This document shows positions 1 to 13,870 of a stretch of DNA of 64,000 nt, piece by piece. Below the pieces are notes generated by a model. It ran no database searches, was not told the origin of the DNA, and was given only the letters and a program-made list of their open reading frames with translations. The position numbers and the translations under genes are program-made. Numbering within the stretch: position 1 is the first letter of the stretch; each line of letters begins with the position of its first letter. Source of the DNA: Eledone cirrhosa (lineage: Eukaryota); assembly GCA_964016885.1 (NCBI GenBank), contig OZ024746.1, forward strand, positions 55,800,001 to 55,864,000, written 5' to 3'.

Positions 1-29
1 TTAGTGACATCAAAAATCCTCCCACAGAG

Positions 30-570
<541 letters not shown>

Positions 571-574
571 ATTA

Positions 575-755
575 AATCGCTGCTTTCACCCTTAACAGAA
601 TTTCTGAAACTGGGTTTCAGAAGATCCCGTTAAGGGTGAAAGCAGCGATTATTTGCTTAAATTTTAATCTGTTATTTTAATAAATATTTTATCTACAATT
701 CTTATATATTTGATATATATTTATCCTTATCGAGCCCTCTTGGATTTTAGTCTTC
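575..755 (+). repeat. PLE terminal fragment with fold-back hairpin (575-650), shared with 63210-63350
   Basis: aatcgctgctttcacccttaac...gttaagggtgaaagcagcgatt inverted repeat; downstream sequence matches the 3' end of the Nematis-like remnant at 61520-63350. Confidence 0.65.
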
Positions 756-769
756 AAATTTATTATTAT

Positions 770-856
<87 letters not shown>

Positions 857-975
857 CATATATGTACGTATGGGTTTACCGAACATTTATTATAATGCTC
901 GGTTTGTTTGTAAATTAAGCCGTACAGGGTGGTTCGGCAACTATCGTTGCCCTTTTGTTCAACACTGACAAAGGA

Positions 976-1018
976 ACGATGAACTAGTTTCAAGCTTATT
1001 AGCTATCATCAGCACCGT
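976..1018 (-). ncRNA. Minimal type I hammerhead ribozyme (family 1)
   Basis: ACGGTG CTGATGA T AGCT aata AGCT T GAAA CTAG TT CATCGT. Confidence 0.85.
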
Positions 1019-1243
1019 ATACCTTCCTGTCAGATGATTGAAGGTTTGACAGTATATACTTTCCACATGCATATTAATGGCTGAGAAGCCTAATTTGCAT
1101 ATCGAGTGAGTTACTCGGCTGGGCGTACCGAAAACGATAAATGGAAAAAATGAAATTTCATTGTTCACTCCTAGTACGGCTGATACTTAAATATACGTAT
1201 GTATACGTACATACTTTCAAACGGTCATCTGACAGGAAGGTAT

Positions 1244-1286
1244 ACGGTGCTGATGATAGCTAATAAGATTGAAACTAGTTCATCGT
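1244..1286 (+). ncRNA. Minimal type I hammerhead ribozyme (family 1)
   Basis: ACGGTG CTGATGA TAGCT aata AGATT GAAA CTAG TT CATCGT; one stem II mismatch. Confidence 0.75.
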
Positions 1287-1582
1287 TCCTTTGTCAGTGT
1301 TGAACAAAAGGGCAAATATGGTTGCCGAACACTGTACGGCTTAATACGGGCTGTTTGTTTACAAACAAACAGAGCATTATAATACATGTTCGGTAAACCC
1401 ATACGTACAAATATGTATGTGTGCATGTATGTATATATATACATACCACTGTACGTCTGTATACATATATGTATGTACGTATACATACTTATATTTAAGT
1501 ATCAGCCGTACTAGGAGCGAGAAATGAAATTTCATTTTTTTTCCATTTATATATATATATATATATTATATATATATATATA

Positions 1583-1801
1583 AAGGAACGATCGACTTTC
1601 GTCAAATGGGACCGAGGGAACAGTGTTTCCGTTGGTCTTTCCAATTGCTAATACTATCTATTGGTCGAAACTCCAGCTAGAAGGATCAACGTGAAATAAA
1701 GTGTGTTGCTCAAGGATATAACGCATCGCCTGGTCCGGGAATCGAACTCACAACCTTACGGTTGCGAATCCAATTCCCTAACCACTCAGCCACACGCCTC
1801 C

Positions 1802-1802
<1 letters not shown>
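1583..1802 (-). mobile_element. tRNA-derived SINE
   Basis: Minus strand A-box TGGCTGAGTGG and B-box GAGTTCGATTCC, followed by a TCCTTGAGCAACACACTT core-like motif; no tRNA acceptor stem. Confidence 0.75.
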
Positions 1803-2085
<283 letters not shown>

Positions 2086-2172
2086 CGTTTCTGAATTTGT
2101 TTAGCAAGATTCTTTATCTGAAATCGTGGTGTTGAAACCGATATTGTTATACTTTGGGAGGGTCATTTTGCC

Positions 2173-2520
2173 TTTTTCTAAGACCCTCGTGTATAGATAA
2201 GAAATGTATAGATGAGATGTACTGAAGGACAATGTAGAAACAAAAATATAGTGTACATAGTTGAGACAGCTCGTAGTATAGGGGAACGGATAAATGAACA
2301 CTGGCGAGACCTTCATGATAATAAAGTATCATCTGTACTCTACCAACATGCTAAGATAGAACACAAGGGTAAATTAGAGAACATAGAAATAAAAATAGAA
2401 TCTACACACAGAAAAGATGCAATGTTTAGACAAATTACAGGTGCAATAAACATAAAAGAATTACAACCAAAATTAAATAGAAAATATGAGTGGAACAGCA
2501 ACATCACAACTTACAATTAA
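2173..2520 (+). pseudogene. PLE GIY-YIG endonuclease C-terminal remnant, Naiad-like
   Basis: C..KKC...C...QC.NKNIVY...ETARSIGERINEH...LYQH...H...AMFRQI..AINI...P.LNRKYEWN; frameshift, and the CxxC-YIG segment is deleted. Confidence 0.7.
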
Positions 2521-2736
2521 GGACAAAATGAAAACACACACACACGTAGAACAAACAACCAACCAATAACATGTAAATAAATAAATAAATAAATAAACAA
2601 ATAGATAAATAAACATAAACACACACAGACACCCGAATGTGGCGCATGCGCAAACTGAGCACACAACACACACACAGAAACAAAATGGCGTAGGACAGAA
2701 CAAAGGAGAGGCACAGAAACAAAGAAAGGAATCCCC

Positions 2737-2781
2737 AGTCACTGAAGAGGTCACAGAGTGTGTGACGAAAGGACTATGACT
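2737..2781 (+). ncRNA. Minimal type I hammerhead ribozyme in PLE 3' pseudo-LTR
   Basis: AGTCA CTGAAGA G GTCACA gagtg TGTGAC GAAA GGAC TA TGACT. Confidence 0.8.
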
Positions 2782-2959
2782 ATATATAAACAACTATCTG
2801 GTTGTGGAACCAACCAACCAACCAGAAATTTATAAATTTATAAATTTGTAAATTCATAAATATATAATAAATTGAAGTGAAAGCAACTGGTGCGTGTGTT
2901 TCTTATTGGCAACATGACCCTCCCAAAGTATAACAATATATATATATATATATATATCC

Positions 2960-4941
2960 CTTACCAACACTTCCACAGACAAAAACACAAGCCAAACCTC
3001 AACAAGAAAGAATGGGAAGAATTAAATAGATTAAAAACCGACAGAACCATTACAATTAAAGAGGCAGATACAGGGAGTACAGTAGTCCTAATGGAGACAG
3101 AATTCTATATCAACTTAGCGCTCTCCACTTTGGAAAACGAAACATACTACGAAAAGGCTGAACACTACAATCAACAGAAAATTATGAGAAACCTAAAACC
3201 TTTAATCAACCAATACAAAGAAGGACTCACTAACAAGGAATTCAGCTTCATCACAGACTTCACAAGTAAATCCAGCCTCTTCTACGGTATCCCTAAAGTA
3301 CATAAAAGCGAATCAATAAGTAAGGCATGCAAGGAAGCCACAGACATAGTCATCAATGTCCCCTCACCCAATGATCTCAAATTAAGACCTATAATAGCAG
3401 GCCCCGCTTGCGAAACGCACCGTCTTAGCAACTTCATTGATACCCTTCTCAAACCCTTCCTCAAACACATCAAAAGCTATATAAGGGACGACCTAGATAT
3501 GCTCAATCACCTCCCTAATATGCCACTTTCTGAACAAACCCTACTAGTGACGTTCGATGTAGTCAACCTATACTCCAACATCCCCCACAACCTAGGAATA
3601 GAAGCTATCCAATTCTGGCTGGATAATTTCCACAATGAACTCCCACAACGCATCAAAAAAGAATTCGTGATAGAGGGACTCAAATTTAGCTTGGAGAACA
3701 ATTACTTCGTTTTCAATAACAAACCCTACAGGCAGAAATCTGGGACCGCTATGGGAACGAAAACAGCCCCTACTTATGCCAACCTAGTCATGGGATACCT
3801 GGAAATCACCCTCTACACTAAAGTCCTAAACAAATTTGGAAACACCCTCCACTTACACATTGAAAGGAACTGGAAGCGATATCTAGATGACTGCTTCATC
3901 CTTTGGCACGAAAATATCGAAAAACTTAAACAATTTCACACCCTTATAAATGGGCTCAACACGAATATTAACTTCACGATGGAATACAGCCATCAACAAC
4001 TCCCCTTCCTCGATATCCTCATTAAGTTCCATAACAAAAACATAGAAACAGACATATACTACAAGCCCACAGACTCCAAGCAATATCTCCCCTTCAACTC
4101 TTGCCACCCTAGACACGTTAAAATTAATATTCCCTACAACTTAGCCAAGATAATCTGTACTATATTCTCCAATAAAAATATCTGCTACTTACGGCTACAA
4201 GAACTAAAGGACACACTCATAGGCAGGGACTATCCTGCATCACTAATTGACAATGGAATCCAACGTGCCCTAAAACTCAGTACCCAGGACCTTAGACACC
4301 CTAAAGTAAATCAACCGAAACTAAAAGCTCTTCCATACATCTCCACACACAAACCTCTCAACAATGAGGCATTTGACACCATCCTCCAGAACATCCCTGT
4401 GTTGAAAAAGGACCATAGAATGAACCAAATTCTACGAACACACGGTATCATAAAGAGCAAAAGACAATCCAAGTCAATGAAAAACATCCTAACACATGCC
4501 AAAGTACTGCCAACCACAACAACGAAACCCACAGTAAAAAAATGCGATAGACCCAACTGTGGCATTTGCATCAACCTAATAAAGGGTTCGGAATTCTATT
4601 TCAAAGATGGACAACGTTTTATAGTAAAACACAATTTCACATGTGCATCGGAAAATCTAATATATGTATTAACTTGCTCAGGTTGTCGAGAACAATACAT
4701 AGGCCAGACCAAAAACAGCCTCCGCCAATGCATGACTGTCCATAGATCCCAAATTAAAATACGGGAATACAGGAAAATACCACTGAGTGAACACATTGAT
4801 ACCTGTGCCGCCCAAAATCATCCCAACTTCAGAATATTTCCCCTCTACAAATTTAAAGATAATGCCACCCACACCCAGTGCATCAGCAAGGAATCTTACT
4901 TCATTAACAAATACGGACCCCGTCTAAACACTTCTCCCTAA
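2960..4941 (+). CDS. Penelope-like element RT + GIY-YIG endonuclease (Neptune-like), 5'-truncated but uninterrupted ORF
   Basis: IKEADTG, FYGIPKVHK, LRPII, FDVVNLYSNI, QKSGTAMGT, RYLDD, LPFLD, YYKPTD, SCHP; Cys linker CDRPNCGIC; NLIYVLTCSGCREQYIGQT. Starts directly after a (TA)n tract. Confidence 0.9.
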
Positions 4942-5132
4942 GACGAACCCACAACATACACACGTTAACATACATACCTACATCAGCAAACATCTCCACC
5001 CACATATAAACACAATGACATACGTAAACACACATGCTCTATGGTGCAACACAGAAAAATATATGTGTATGTATATGTAAATGTATATATATATATATTG
5101 ATAAAGAATCTTGCTAAACAAATTCAGAAACG

Positions 5133-5167
<35 letters not shown>

Positions 5168-5713
5168 ATATATGGATGTGTATATATATGTAGTGAATAT
5201 CATTTCACACCTTTTATTGTTAAGATTTTTGATGTTCTATTAAGAGAACCGATTTTACTGAAAAAATCGAATAATGTACACCATTTTACCAGGGGGAAAT
5301 AAATACTGGTCCACCCCCCCACCCCCCACACACACATATATACACACACACATACACACGCGTACATTAACATACAAAGAGACTTACAGACACACACACA
5401 CACACACACTTATCTTAATAGCCATTTGACACACATCCCTGCTGACCATTATCACAACATCGAACACCTTACTACTACTACACACACACACTCACACGCA
5501 CATATTTGTTGTGAAAGAGTCATTTCTCAATCTTTGCGCAAAACCAATTTTTTATTCACATGACCTCTACCGACCAATCAAAATTGTTTTGACCACAAGA
5601 ATTTTTGCAAACACCAAATAGCGCTGGAGCCACTTTTTTAACATAAAAACAGGTAGAATTCCCAAAACTAATCAGATCAGAGCAAACAACACGGACACTC
5701 TATCTCAAAATTA

Positions 5714-5750
5714 TTTTTGAAAAGCATTTAGAAATGCGCAACCGGTAAAA
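5714..5750 (+). ncRNA. Degenerate minimal hammerhead ribozyme, U3:A8 core
   Basis: TTT TTGAAAA GCATTT ag AAATGC GCAA CCGG TA AAA; GAAA changed to GCAA. Confidence 0.5.
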
Positions 5751-5934
5751 GCTTAAAAACTTAAAACCACAACTGAATACTAACCCATACAATCACTAAT
5801 ACTCTTTTATTCCTAATTAAACCATTTTTCAACTGTGAACACTTTGTCAGCATTTTCTATTCCGTTTACCAACATATAATAACTTGTGTGTTACACCTCT
5901 ATTCTTTTAACTATATATATATATATATATGTAT

Positions 5935-6707
5935 ATATTTTCAATACCCGAATTACTTGATCGTTTTTTGGGCTATGCGAATGATTGTTTAACCATCGTC
6001 TCAGTGTGTTTGGCGTTTAACGTTTGTTATAGCTCTGGTTCATCTGAACCATTGAGCACTTGCCTCACATCTCGGAGGTTGTTTTTCGTTATTTCGTGGG
6101 CCGAAATGCGAATCTAGATAATTTATGTTTGTATTTATCTCCAGACTCTACCTATTCACCAGTTAATTTTCTTGATTTTTTAGTTGATTCTATTGACTGA
6201 TGAATAGCTTATGTTAATTTCAACCCTCTGTTGAGAACTCTATTCGATTTGTGATGTTTTTGCATTCTTGCAAAAATATACACAACTGAATTTATTCGCT
6301 TGATATAGGGGCTGCCTCCCTGTCGATCCCCACGTGGAGTCAGCAATAGTCAGTCCTTGTATTAACATTGAACTAAAACTGTTGAGAAAGTGGCTTCCTT
6401 GTTCAATCATCTTACCAGAAGCCTGACATTATTTATGTAAGCGGACGGTATTTGATTTAGGAGCCGCAGAAACCCAAATAGTGGATTTTACCAACCCTCC
6501 AGGGTCCGGGTAAATTTTCAATACCCGAATTACTTGATCGTTGTTTTGGCTATGCGAATGATTATTTAACCATCGTCTCAGTGTGTTTGGCGTTTAACGT
6601 TTGTTATAGCTCTGGTTCATCTGAACCATTGAGCACTTGCCTCACATCTCGGAGGTTGTTTTTCGTTATTTCGTGGGCCGAAATGCGAATCTCGATAATT
6701 TATGTTT

Positions 6708-6712
<5 letters not shown>
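5935..6712. repeat. TA-flanked element with ~190-bp terminal direct repeats (period 577 bp)
   Basis: 5938-6130 repeated at 6515-6710. Confidence 0.8.
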
Positions 6713-6759
<47 letters not shown>

Positions 6760-7156
6760 TTTGGTATTGCTTATAATAAATGCATTCGTACTTTTTGACC
6801 TACCAACGTTCCATATGCCTTTGCATTAATCAAGTTCACATATCAGTTGACATAAGTGTAACATGTCACAGACATAGACTTACGTTTCATGTCTATTGTC
6901 TGTATGGATTTTTATATTGTATTATTGTAAAGAATATGTTGAAATATATAGTGAATGTTACACAGCTTTTTAAAACTGTACCATCCTAGTTTTTTTTAAT
7001 GAATGTTAAGGAATCTCCCAACCATATTTTATCAGAATGTGTTGGGACAAGGGAAATACAGAAGGAACTGAACCCTTCTACAGATGATCCTACAGAAACT
7101 GTATTTCCATTGGTCGTCTATGTTTGATGATACATGCCGATCACAAAAGCAGATAA

Positions 7157-7190
7157 ATAGTGGTGGTGGTAGAAGTAGTAGTAGTAGTAA

Positions 7191-7227
<37 letters not shown>

Positions 7228-7352
7228 GGTGGTGGTGGTGGTGGTGGTGGCGGTGGTGGTAGTGGTGGTGGTGTTATTAGCAGCAGTAGTGGTAGTAGTA
7301 GTAGTAGTAGTAGTAGTAGCATTAGTAGTAGTAGTAGTACTAGTACTAGTAC

Positions 7353-7402
<50 letters not shown>

Positions 7403-7468
7403 GTAGGAGTAATAGTAGTAGTGGTGGTGGTGGTGGTGGTGGTGGTGGTGGCGGTGGTGGGGATAGTG

Positions 7469-7527
<59 letters not shown>

Positions 7528-7560
7528 TGCAGTAGTAGTAGTAGTAGTAATAGTATAGTA
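7157..7560. repeat. (TAG)n/(TGG)n trinucleotide low-complexity tract
   Basis: Direct reading. Confidence 0.95.
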
Positions 7561-7663
7561 GCATCAGCGCCAACACCAGAAATATCAGTAGCAGATTGTT
7601 TTAGTTGTATTTATACACGTATATATTTCATACAAATCATGCCATAACGATGTTCATACAAAT

Positions 7664-7784
<121 letters not shown>

Positions 7785-8348
7785 TATATATAATAAGAGA
7801 TAGCATGGGTTTCACTGCTAGTACCGGTTGCATCTCAGCGTACTCAATATGTAATATTAATTAAACTCCCAGACACAGAGTTATTCGCTTTAACACAACA
7901 CACTTAAATTGGTACCTTCAATCTATACCCATACTAGAGTTTCGGCCACACTTAATCCCACAATAAAGTGCACAGCATCTAATCTCACCATTTCTTATGC
8001 AACAATGCATAATCGGTGCATGTGGCTTCTTAAGCGGGTTTTGTCTAATCAATTATCAATCGAGCGAGAGAATTCGATTCCAGTCCGTTTCGGCTATGGT
8101 TGAATGTGACGGCCAGCGTAGTAAATTGAATACACACGTGTTTTTTTCTACATGATTTATTCTCATTTGTTCCCTGTTCCCACTTTTTATCTTTCAATTT
8201 ATCTACTATTTCTAACTTTATCTCCCGATGAAGGATCAGTGTCCGAAATGTTAAGTCTGCTTTTTTCTTATTCACAGCCTTTAAACTCATATATTTCTTC
8301 AATATATTGTTTCCTTGGTTTGTTATTTCTGTTTACCTTTCACACATT

Positions 8349-8379
<31 letters not shown>

Positions 8380-8391
8380 GTGTGAAAGGTA

Positions 8392-8460
<69 letters not shown>

Positions 8461-8486
8461 ATATATATATAAATGTGTGAAAGGTA

Positions 8487-8526
<40 letters not shown>

Positions 8527-8981
8527 AACTTTCCTCACAACTTGTTCTACCAAGCTTTGGAATATTCCTAATTACTGAATATATATATTTATTATAACGA
8601 GTTTTGACGCGACGGCTGGGATGAGTGTGTAATTGAAATACGTTGTGTTTCAGTTCTTTCCCAATCACCGTCTTTACGAAGGAGCTGAAAGGAAATATGA
8701 TTCAGTGACCCACGCTGTTGTATCATATACGAACTCTTCGTGTAAATAACAATTTTTATATCCCCGTTATGAATTTTAGGTGAATTTCACCACTGGTCTT
8801 TAGCAACTAAGAGTGAACAACTATCCTTTAGTTTCTGGTTCGCCAGCTCGCTTGGATGCTATGACAAAACTAAAATAAAGGTTTATAGTATTTATGCTTA
8901 TGCATATCGACTGTTGAAGGTGATATGTATACATAGCAAAAGCTGGTGGGTACTAATTAAAATTGTTTACACCTCACTACT

Positions 8982-9065
<84 letters not shown>

Positions 9066-9824
9066 GTAAATATGTTTATATTGATGATATCTATGTGTGT
9101 AAATATAGCTGTGGAACAGAAGCTGTAATCATTAAACTTAACACTTTGGCAATTTAACACGTGTTGTACAGCAATGATGAAATATAGTATATAATTAATG
9201 GGTTTATCTCTCGTCAACGACAAACCAGCTCCGGTATTGACACACTGCGTGCTTATCTACTTCATGTTTCAGGTTATGTGTGTCTATGTGACTAGCTATT
9301 AACGCCTATAGTATATATAATAGCGCCGGTATTTTTGTATCTGTGTTCGTGACTTGAATATAATGTTCACGGGTCGTATGTGATCGCAAGCCCAGCATGC
9401 TAACCACTAACCTAAGAAAGTAGACTACATATATGTTAAATGGCCTGGCTTACTATTTTGAAATAAGAGATGTTGTTTGAAAAGTTTGTCAAGTTAAGGA
9501 AAATAAATCAGATGTGATACAGAAGTTACTAAAAATAAAATCCGGAAAAATAGTCGGATTATCTTGAATAGTGAATGGCGTGAAGCCAAAAAAACTTCTC
9601 AAAATTACATTCACACACATACACCGACATATGCACACTCACACACATCCCCCACACATACACACACACATACACACACACATATATGTATATACATAGA
9701 TATAAATATATATAAATACACGTACTTATAAATTCACATATTTATAGTATACCTACATATATACGAAAACATATATACATATATGTATATATACAAACTT
9801 ACACACATACACACACACATATAA

Positions 9825-9892
<68 letters not shown>

Positions 9893-9993
9893 TATATATA
9901 TACATATGTGTGTGTGCGTGTGTGTGAACAAATACACATAGTCATAATATATATATATATACATATGTACACAAACATATATATATATATAAA

Positions 9994-10045
<52 letters not shown>

Positions 10046-10259
10046 CGCGTGTGTATGTATATATGAATGTGTGTTAGTGTATATGTGTGTGTGTGTGGAA
10101 GCGTTTCTGTGTTTCTTTACTATAAGTAACCTGTCGTAAGGTATTAAGCTATTGAGTGATTTGAAGCTTGAGAGGATGTTCATTGTGATGAATGTACATC
10201 CGCTTCTGATATTTTCGTTGCAATCAACGTTAATCAGGTCTCAGCCTCCACACTAATAT

Positions 10260-10313
<54 letters not shown>

Positions 10314-10314
<1 letters not shown>

Positions 10315-10861
10315 TTTTCTTTATTAACCACAAGGGTTTACATAAAGTAGACATTAAGGACAGTACAGGACAATACAGGACGGTACAAATGGGCATTTCT
10401 GCGTGTAAAAAAACAAAAAAGCTGAGGATGTAACAAAAAAAGAAACAATGAAAAATGTCCCAATAGGGTGGGATGGGGAGGGGGACTTCCGAGGGCCATC
10501 GTGGAGAAAGCCCATTAAGAAAGCCACGGTGACCCTGACCACCAGAGCAAGTGTCCTCTCCCAGTTTTCCACTTTCGATTTACAAGCACATACTCAGAGT
10601 AGGCCCATTCACTCAGGCCATTCTTGCCTCTCTCACCCATCTTTCAACAAAATGCTGGGAAGAGGTCACTTCCCTCTCTACCATGATTTTCCTTTTCAAA
10701 TGAAATTTGAAAAAGTTAATCAGGGCATCACCGAAGAGGTAAGTGCTCGTCTTTAGCCCTTTCAGACGCGTCCACCATACTATCTTTTTCGCCATCGCCA
10801 CCAGATATTTGAAAACTGCCTGCCCTTCACGGCTAAATGAGGAGGGCGGGGCAATCCTCAC
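10314..10861 (-). mobile_element. L1/Tx1 LINE 3'-end fragment with (TTA)n tail
   Basis: Near-identical to the reverse complement of 34160-34682; ends CCCTTGTGGTTAATAAAGAAAAC(ATT)n. Confidence 0.85.
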
Positions 10862-10904
10862 TATAATAATAATAATAATAATAATAAAAATAATAATAAT
10901 AATG

Positions 10905-13870
10905 ATTTCTATATTGGCCACAAGGGCTGACATCAAGAAAATCATCACAGACGGTACAGGGCGGTACGATGTGGGTTTTGTGCGTGTAAATATTTTTATT
11001 ATTTATATAAGAAAAGAAAAAAAGACATAAAACATATATATATATAAACAATAAAATGAAAATTGAAACAATGAAACATTCCCTAATAGGGGGAAACCTC
11101 CGAGGGTTACACGTGGCGAAAACCACACAAAAGACCACGGCCACCCTGACTAGCAGCGCAAGCGCCCTCTCTCAATGTTTGCATCTCTCAAACTGCAGAC
11201 GTATAACCCACCTTTCAACAAACTTGCTAGAAAGCAGCACTTGCCTCACCACCCTGATTATCCTCTTCAAGTGAAACTTGAAAAAGTTAATTAGGGATTC
11301 GCCGAAGAGGAAAGTGTTTGTCTTTAATCCTTTTAACCTTGTCCACCACACAATCTCTTTCGCCATGGCGACCAGGCAGATGAAAACCGCCTGCCCTTCC
11401 TCCTCAAAGGAAGCCGGCGAGACCATCTGCACAATGGACTCAGTCGACAACCGGATCAGTCCCACACGTGACAGCAACTGTTCGACATAGCTCCACAAAT
11501 CAGCAATGCTCGGGCACTGAACGAGTGCGTGCACAACGGTTTAGTCGCTATGAGCACATCTCGGACAGGCTCGGCTGACGGCACTTCCGTGCCTGTAGAG
11601 CTTATCTCGAACCGGCAGCGCTCCCCGGTAGCACTGCCAGGCCAGAGATTTTTGGAAGTTATCCATAGGCCCCGGGCTGAAAATTCTGCGGAAGAGAGCA
11701 AACAATGATCTTCTTCGACGCCCAGGATCTCTCCGAGAATGTCGTCGCTCTTCCCCTCCACTAGTCCTCTATAGAACGCCGAGGTGGATGTTCCACCGAT
11801 ACTGGTTCCCAACTGGGAGAGGGCAGTGAGTGCCTGGAGACATTCCAGTTTCCAAGTGCTATCCCTCGGTCTTTTTCTGACCCAGGACTGCAGCTCCGTC
11901 AAAAAGACGCGCTGTGGGAAAATGTGCCTGGCGAAAGGTGACCACACCCGTTCACCATCAAGGAAGCACCAGAGATGTCGCAGCCTCAGCGCATGTTTGC
12001 GCATCATCAGTCATGGCATGCCCAGTCATCCACGCAACGGGTGTTGACAGCAGATGGATCGTCTGACCATTGGAGCGCGTCCCTTCCACAAAAAGCGGGA
12101 GAGGAGGCGCTCCATTTTGGTGAGAGTTGGGCTGGAGCAAGGGACGACGGTGAGGCGGTAGCAGATGACGGATACGATGTACGCATTCACCACTTCCGCC
12201 CGGCCTTTCAGGGACAGCTTCCTCTCAGCCCATTTCTGGGTTAGGGAGGCCACTCTGCTCGTCACCTCGTTCCAGTTTTTCTCCATCTGGAGGTCCGGTC
12301 CGAACCAGACCCCGAGCAATTTAACCGGTCCGTCCGTCCAACGCCCCACGACGCTGTCTGACGGCATGGACTTGCCTCTCCAGGTGCCTAGCTGCAAGCC
12401 CACCGACTCGGATTTCCCACATCCTAACTCGCCTGGGACGCCCCTCATCGCCCCCAGTTTGTGCAGTAACGGCTCGAGAGCCAATACGTACAAGAGGAAT
12501 GAGAGGGGACAACCCTGGCGCACTGAGCGCATGATGCTGAACGGCTGCGACAAGTGACCGTGACCCTCACAACTGAGCAGATGTCGCTGTATATTGCTGC
12601 GATCCAACGCCTAAAAACGGGCCCGAAACCGGCTGCCTCGAGGACCGCCGCCATGTACCTATGGTCGACCCTATCGAATGCTTTGGATTGATCCAAGTTG
12701 ATCAGGGCCCCACCCTTGCCAGGTTCCTTAACCACCCTCTCTATGATGTATCGCATGAGGTGGATGTTGTCGTGTATGGATCTGTCCGGAATGGCGCATG
12801 TCTGCGCCTCTCCCACCAGACCCTTGACGACAAGCGCCAACCTCGTTGCTAACACCTTGGCCAAAATCTTGAACTCTGCGTTTAGCAGGGTTATAGGCCT
12901 GAGATTATCAATAACATCCTCCTTGTTCGGGTCTTTTCTCAGTAGCGCCACTGTTCCCCGGCTCACAAAACTGGGAATGCTCCTGTTCTGCTGCCAGTTG
13001 CAGTAGACGTCTGCCAAGAGGTCACCGAACAAGTCTGGCATAAATGCATAAAGCTCGTAGGGCAGACCATCTAAGCCTGGCGATGTACCTCTTGTGCAGT
13101 TAGCCATCGCTTCCCGTATTTTACCGGTTGTTATTGGCTTTTCGTAACACTGTACTGCGGTCGTCGAGAGCCGAGGCAGCCCGGCGAAGCATGCACTGAA
13201 GTCCATGCCCCGATCCGGGCCTCCGCTCCCGAACATTTCAGCAAAGTGCTGCTGAAAAGCTTCACCCATCCGCGCGGGTTCGAGCATCACGCACCTGTTT
13301 TGGTCAGACAAAGACCGAATTGTGGCTTTATTGCCACGTCGCGCCTCTGCCACCCATACCCATTGGACGGCTTTTGTCCCCTCATGTTTCAGAGCACGCG
13401 CTCTAGCTTTGACAACGCAGCCTTCGTGTTTTGCGTTGAAGAATTGGTCGAGTGCCAATCTCGCCGCAAGCACGTCGCTTGCGATGCCGGTCCTAAAGGC
13501 CTCTTCTAGCTTTCTGACTAGCTCTCCCTCTACTCTATTTTCCTCTATCACTACTCTTTTGCTAAATCTAATCGACTCTACTTTAATTGCCCTTTTCAGG
13601 GCGAACCACCACCTGTTGTTGACGACCGCTCCCATCAACGCCCGCTTATTTAATACGCTAATCCGGTCTCTGTAGGCCTTGCGCGCCGGGAAAGACGCGT
13701 TCAGCTTCCAGTAACCAGGCCCTTGTCTATGAAGTCTGTCTATGTCGATCTCACAGATCACAAATTTGTGGTCTGTGTAGTCGACTATTTTAAATTGTGG
13801 ACAACTTATACTAGCCTTATCTAGTTCTCTGCAGAATCCGCTATCTAGATACGATCTAGATGACCCGATG
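10905..13870 (-). mobile_element. L1/Tx1 LINE ORF2 (APE end, RT, C-terminal Cys motif), frameshifted
   Basis: GPGYWKLN, SPGLDGLPYELY, RPITLLNAEFKILAKVLA, LDQSKAFDRVDH, SVRQGCPLS, HALVQCP. Confidence 0.9.

Larger units (their letters stand above)
855..1546. mobile_element. Inverted pair of family-1 pseudo-LTRs
   Basis: 855-1185 and 1215-1546 are largely reverse complements of each other, between (TA)n tracts. Confidence 0.7.

Noticed and set aside
614-650. HHR-like CAGAAGA TCCC gttaa GGG T GAAA (also at 63214)
   Set aside because: U4 is replaced, and there is no UH triplet or stem I after GAAA; cannot be supported as a ribozyme
1730-1802. Functional tRNA gene
   Set aside because: A and B boxes present, but no acceptor stem, and it continues into a SINE body
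2890-2959. N-terminus of the 683-aa ORF as called in the track
   Set aside because: GTG start running through another element's tail and a (TA)n tract; PLE homology begins near 2960
7032-7647. Poly-Ser/Gly/Val/Pro ORFs
   Set aside because: Products of (TAG)n/(TGG)n repeats; no splice or domain evidence
8221-8260. CCGATGA AGGA..TCC GAAA motif
   Set aside because: Stems I and III too degenerate to list as a feature
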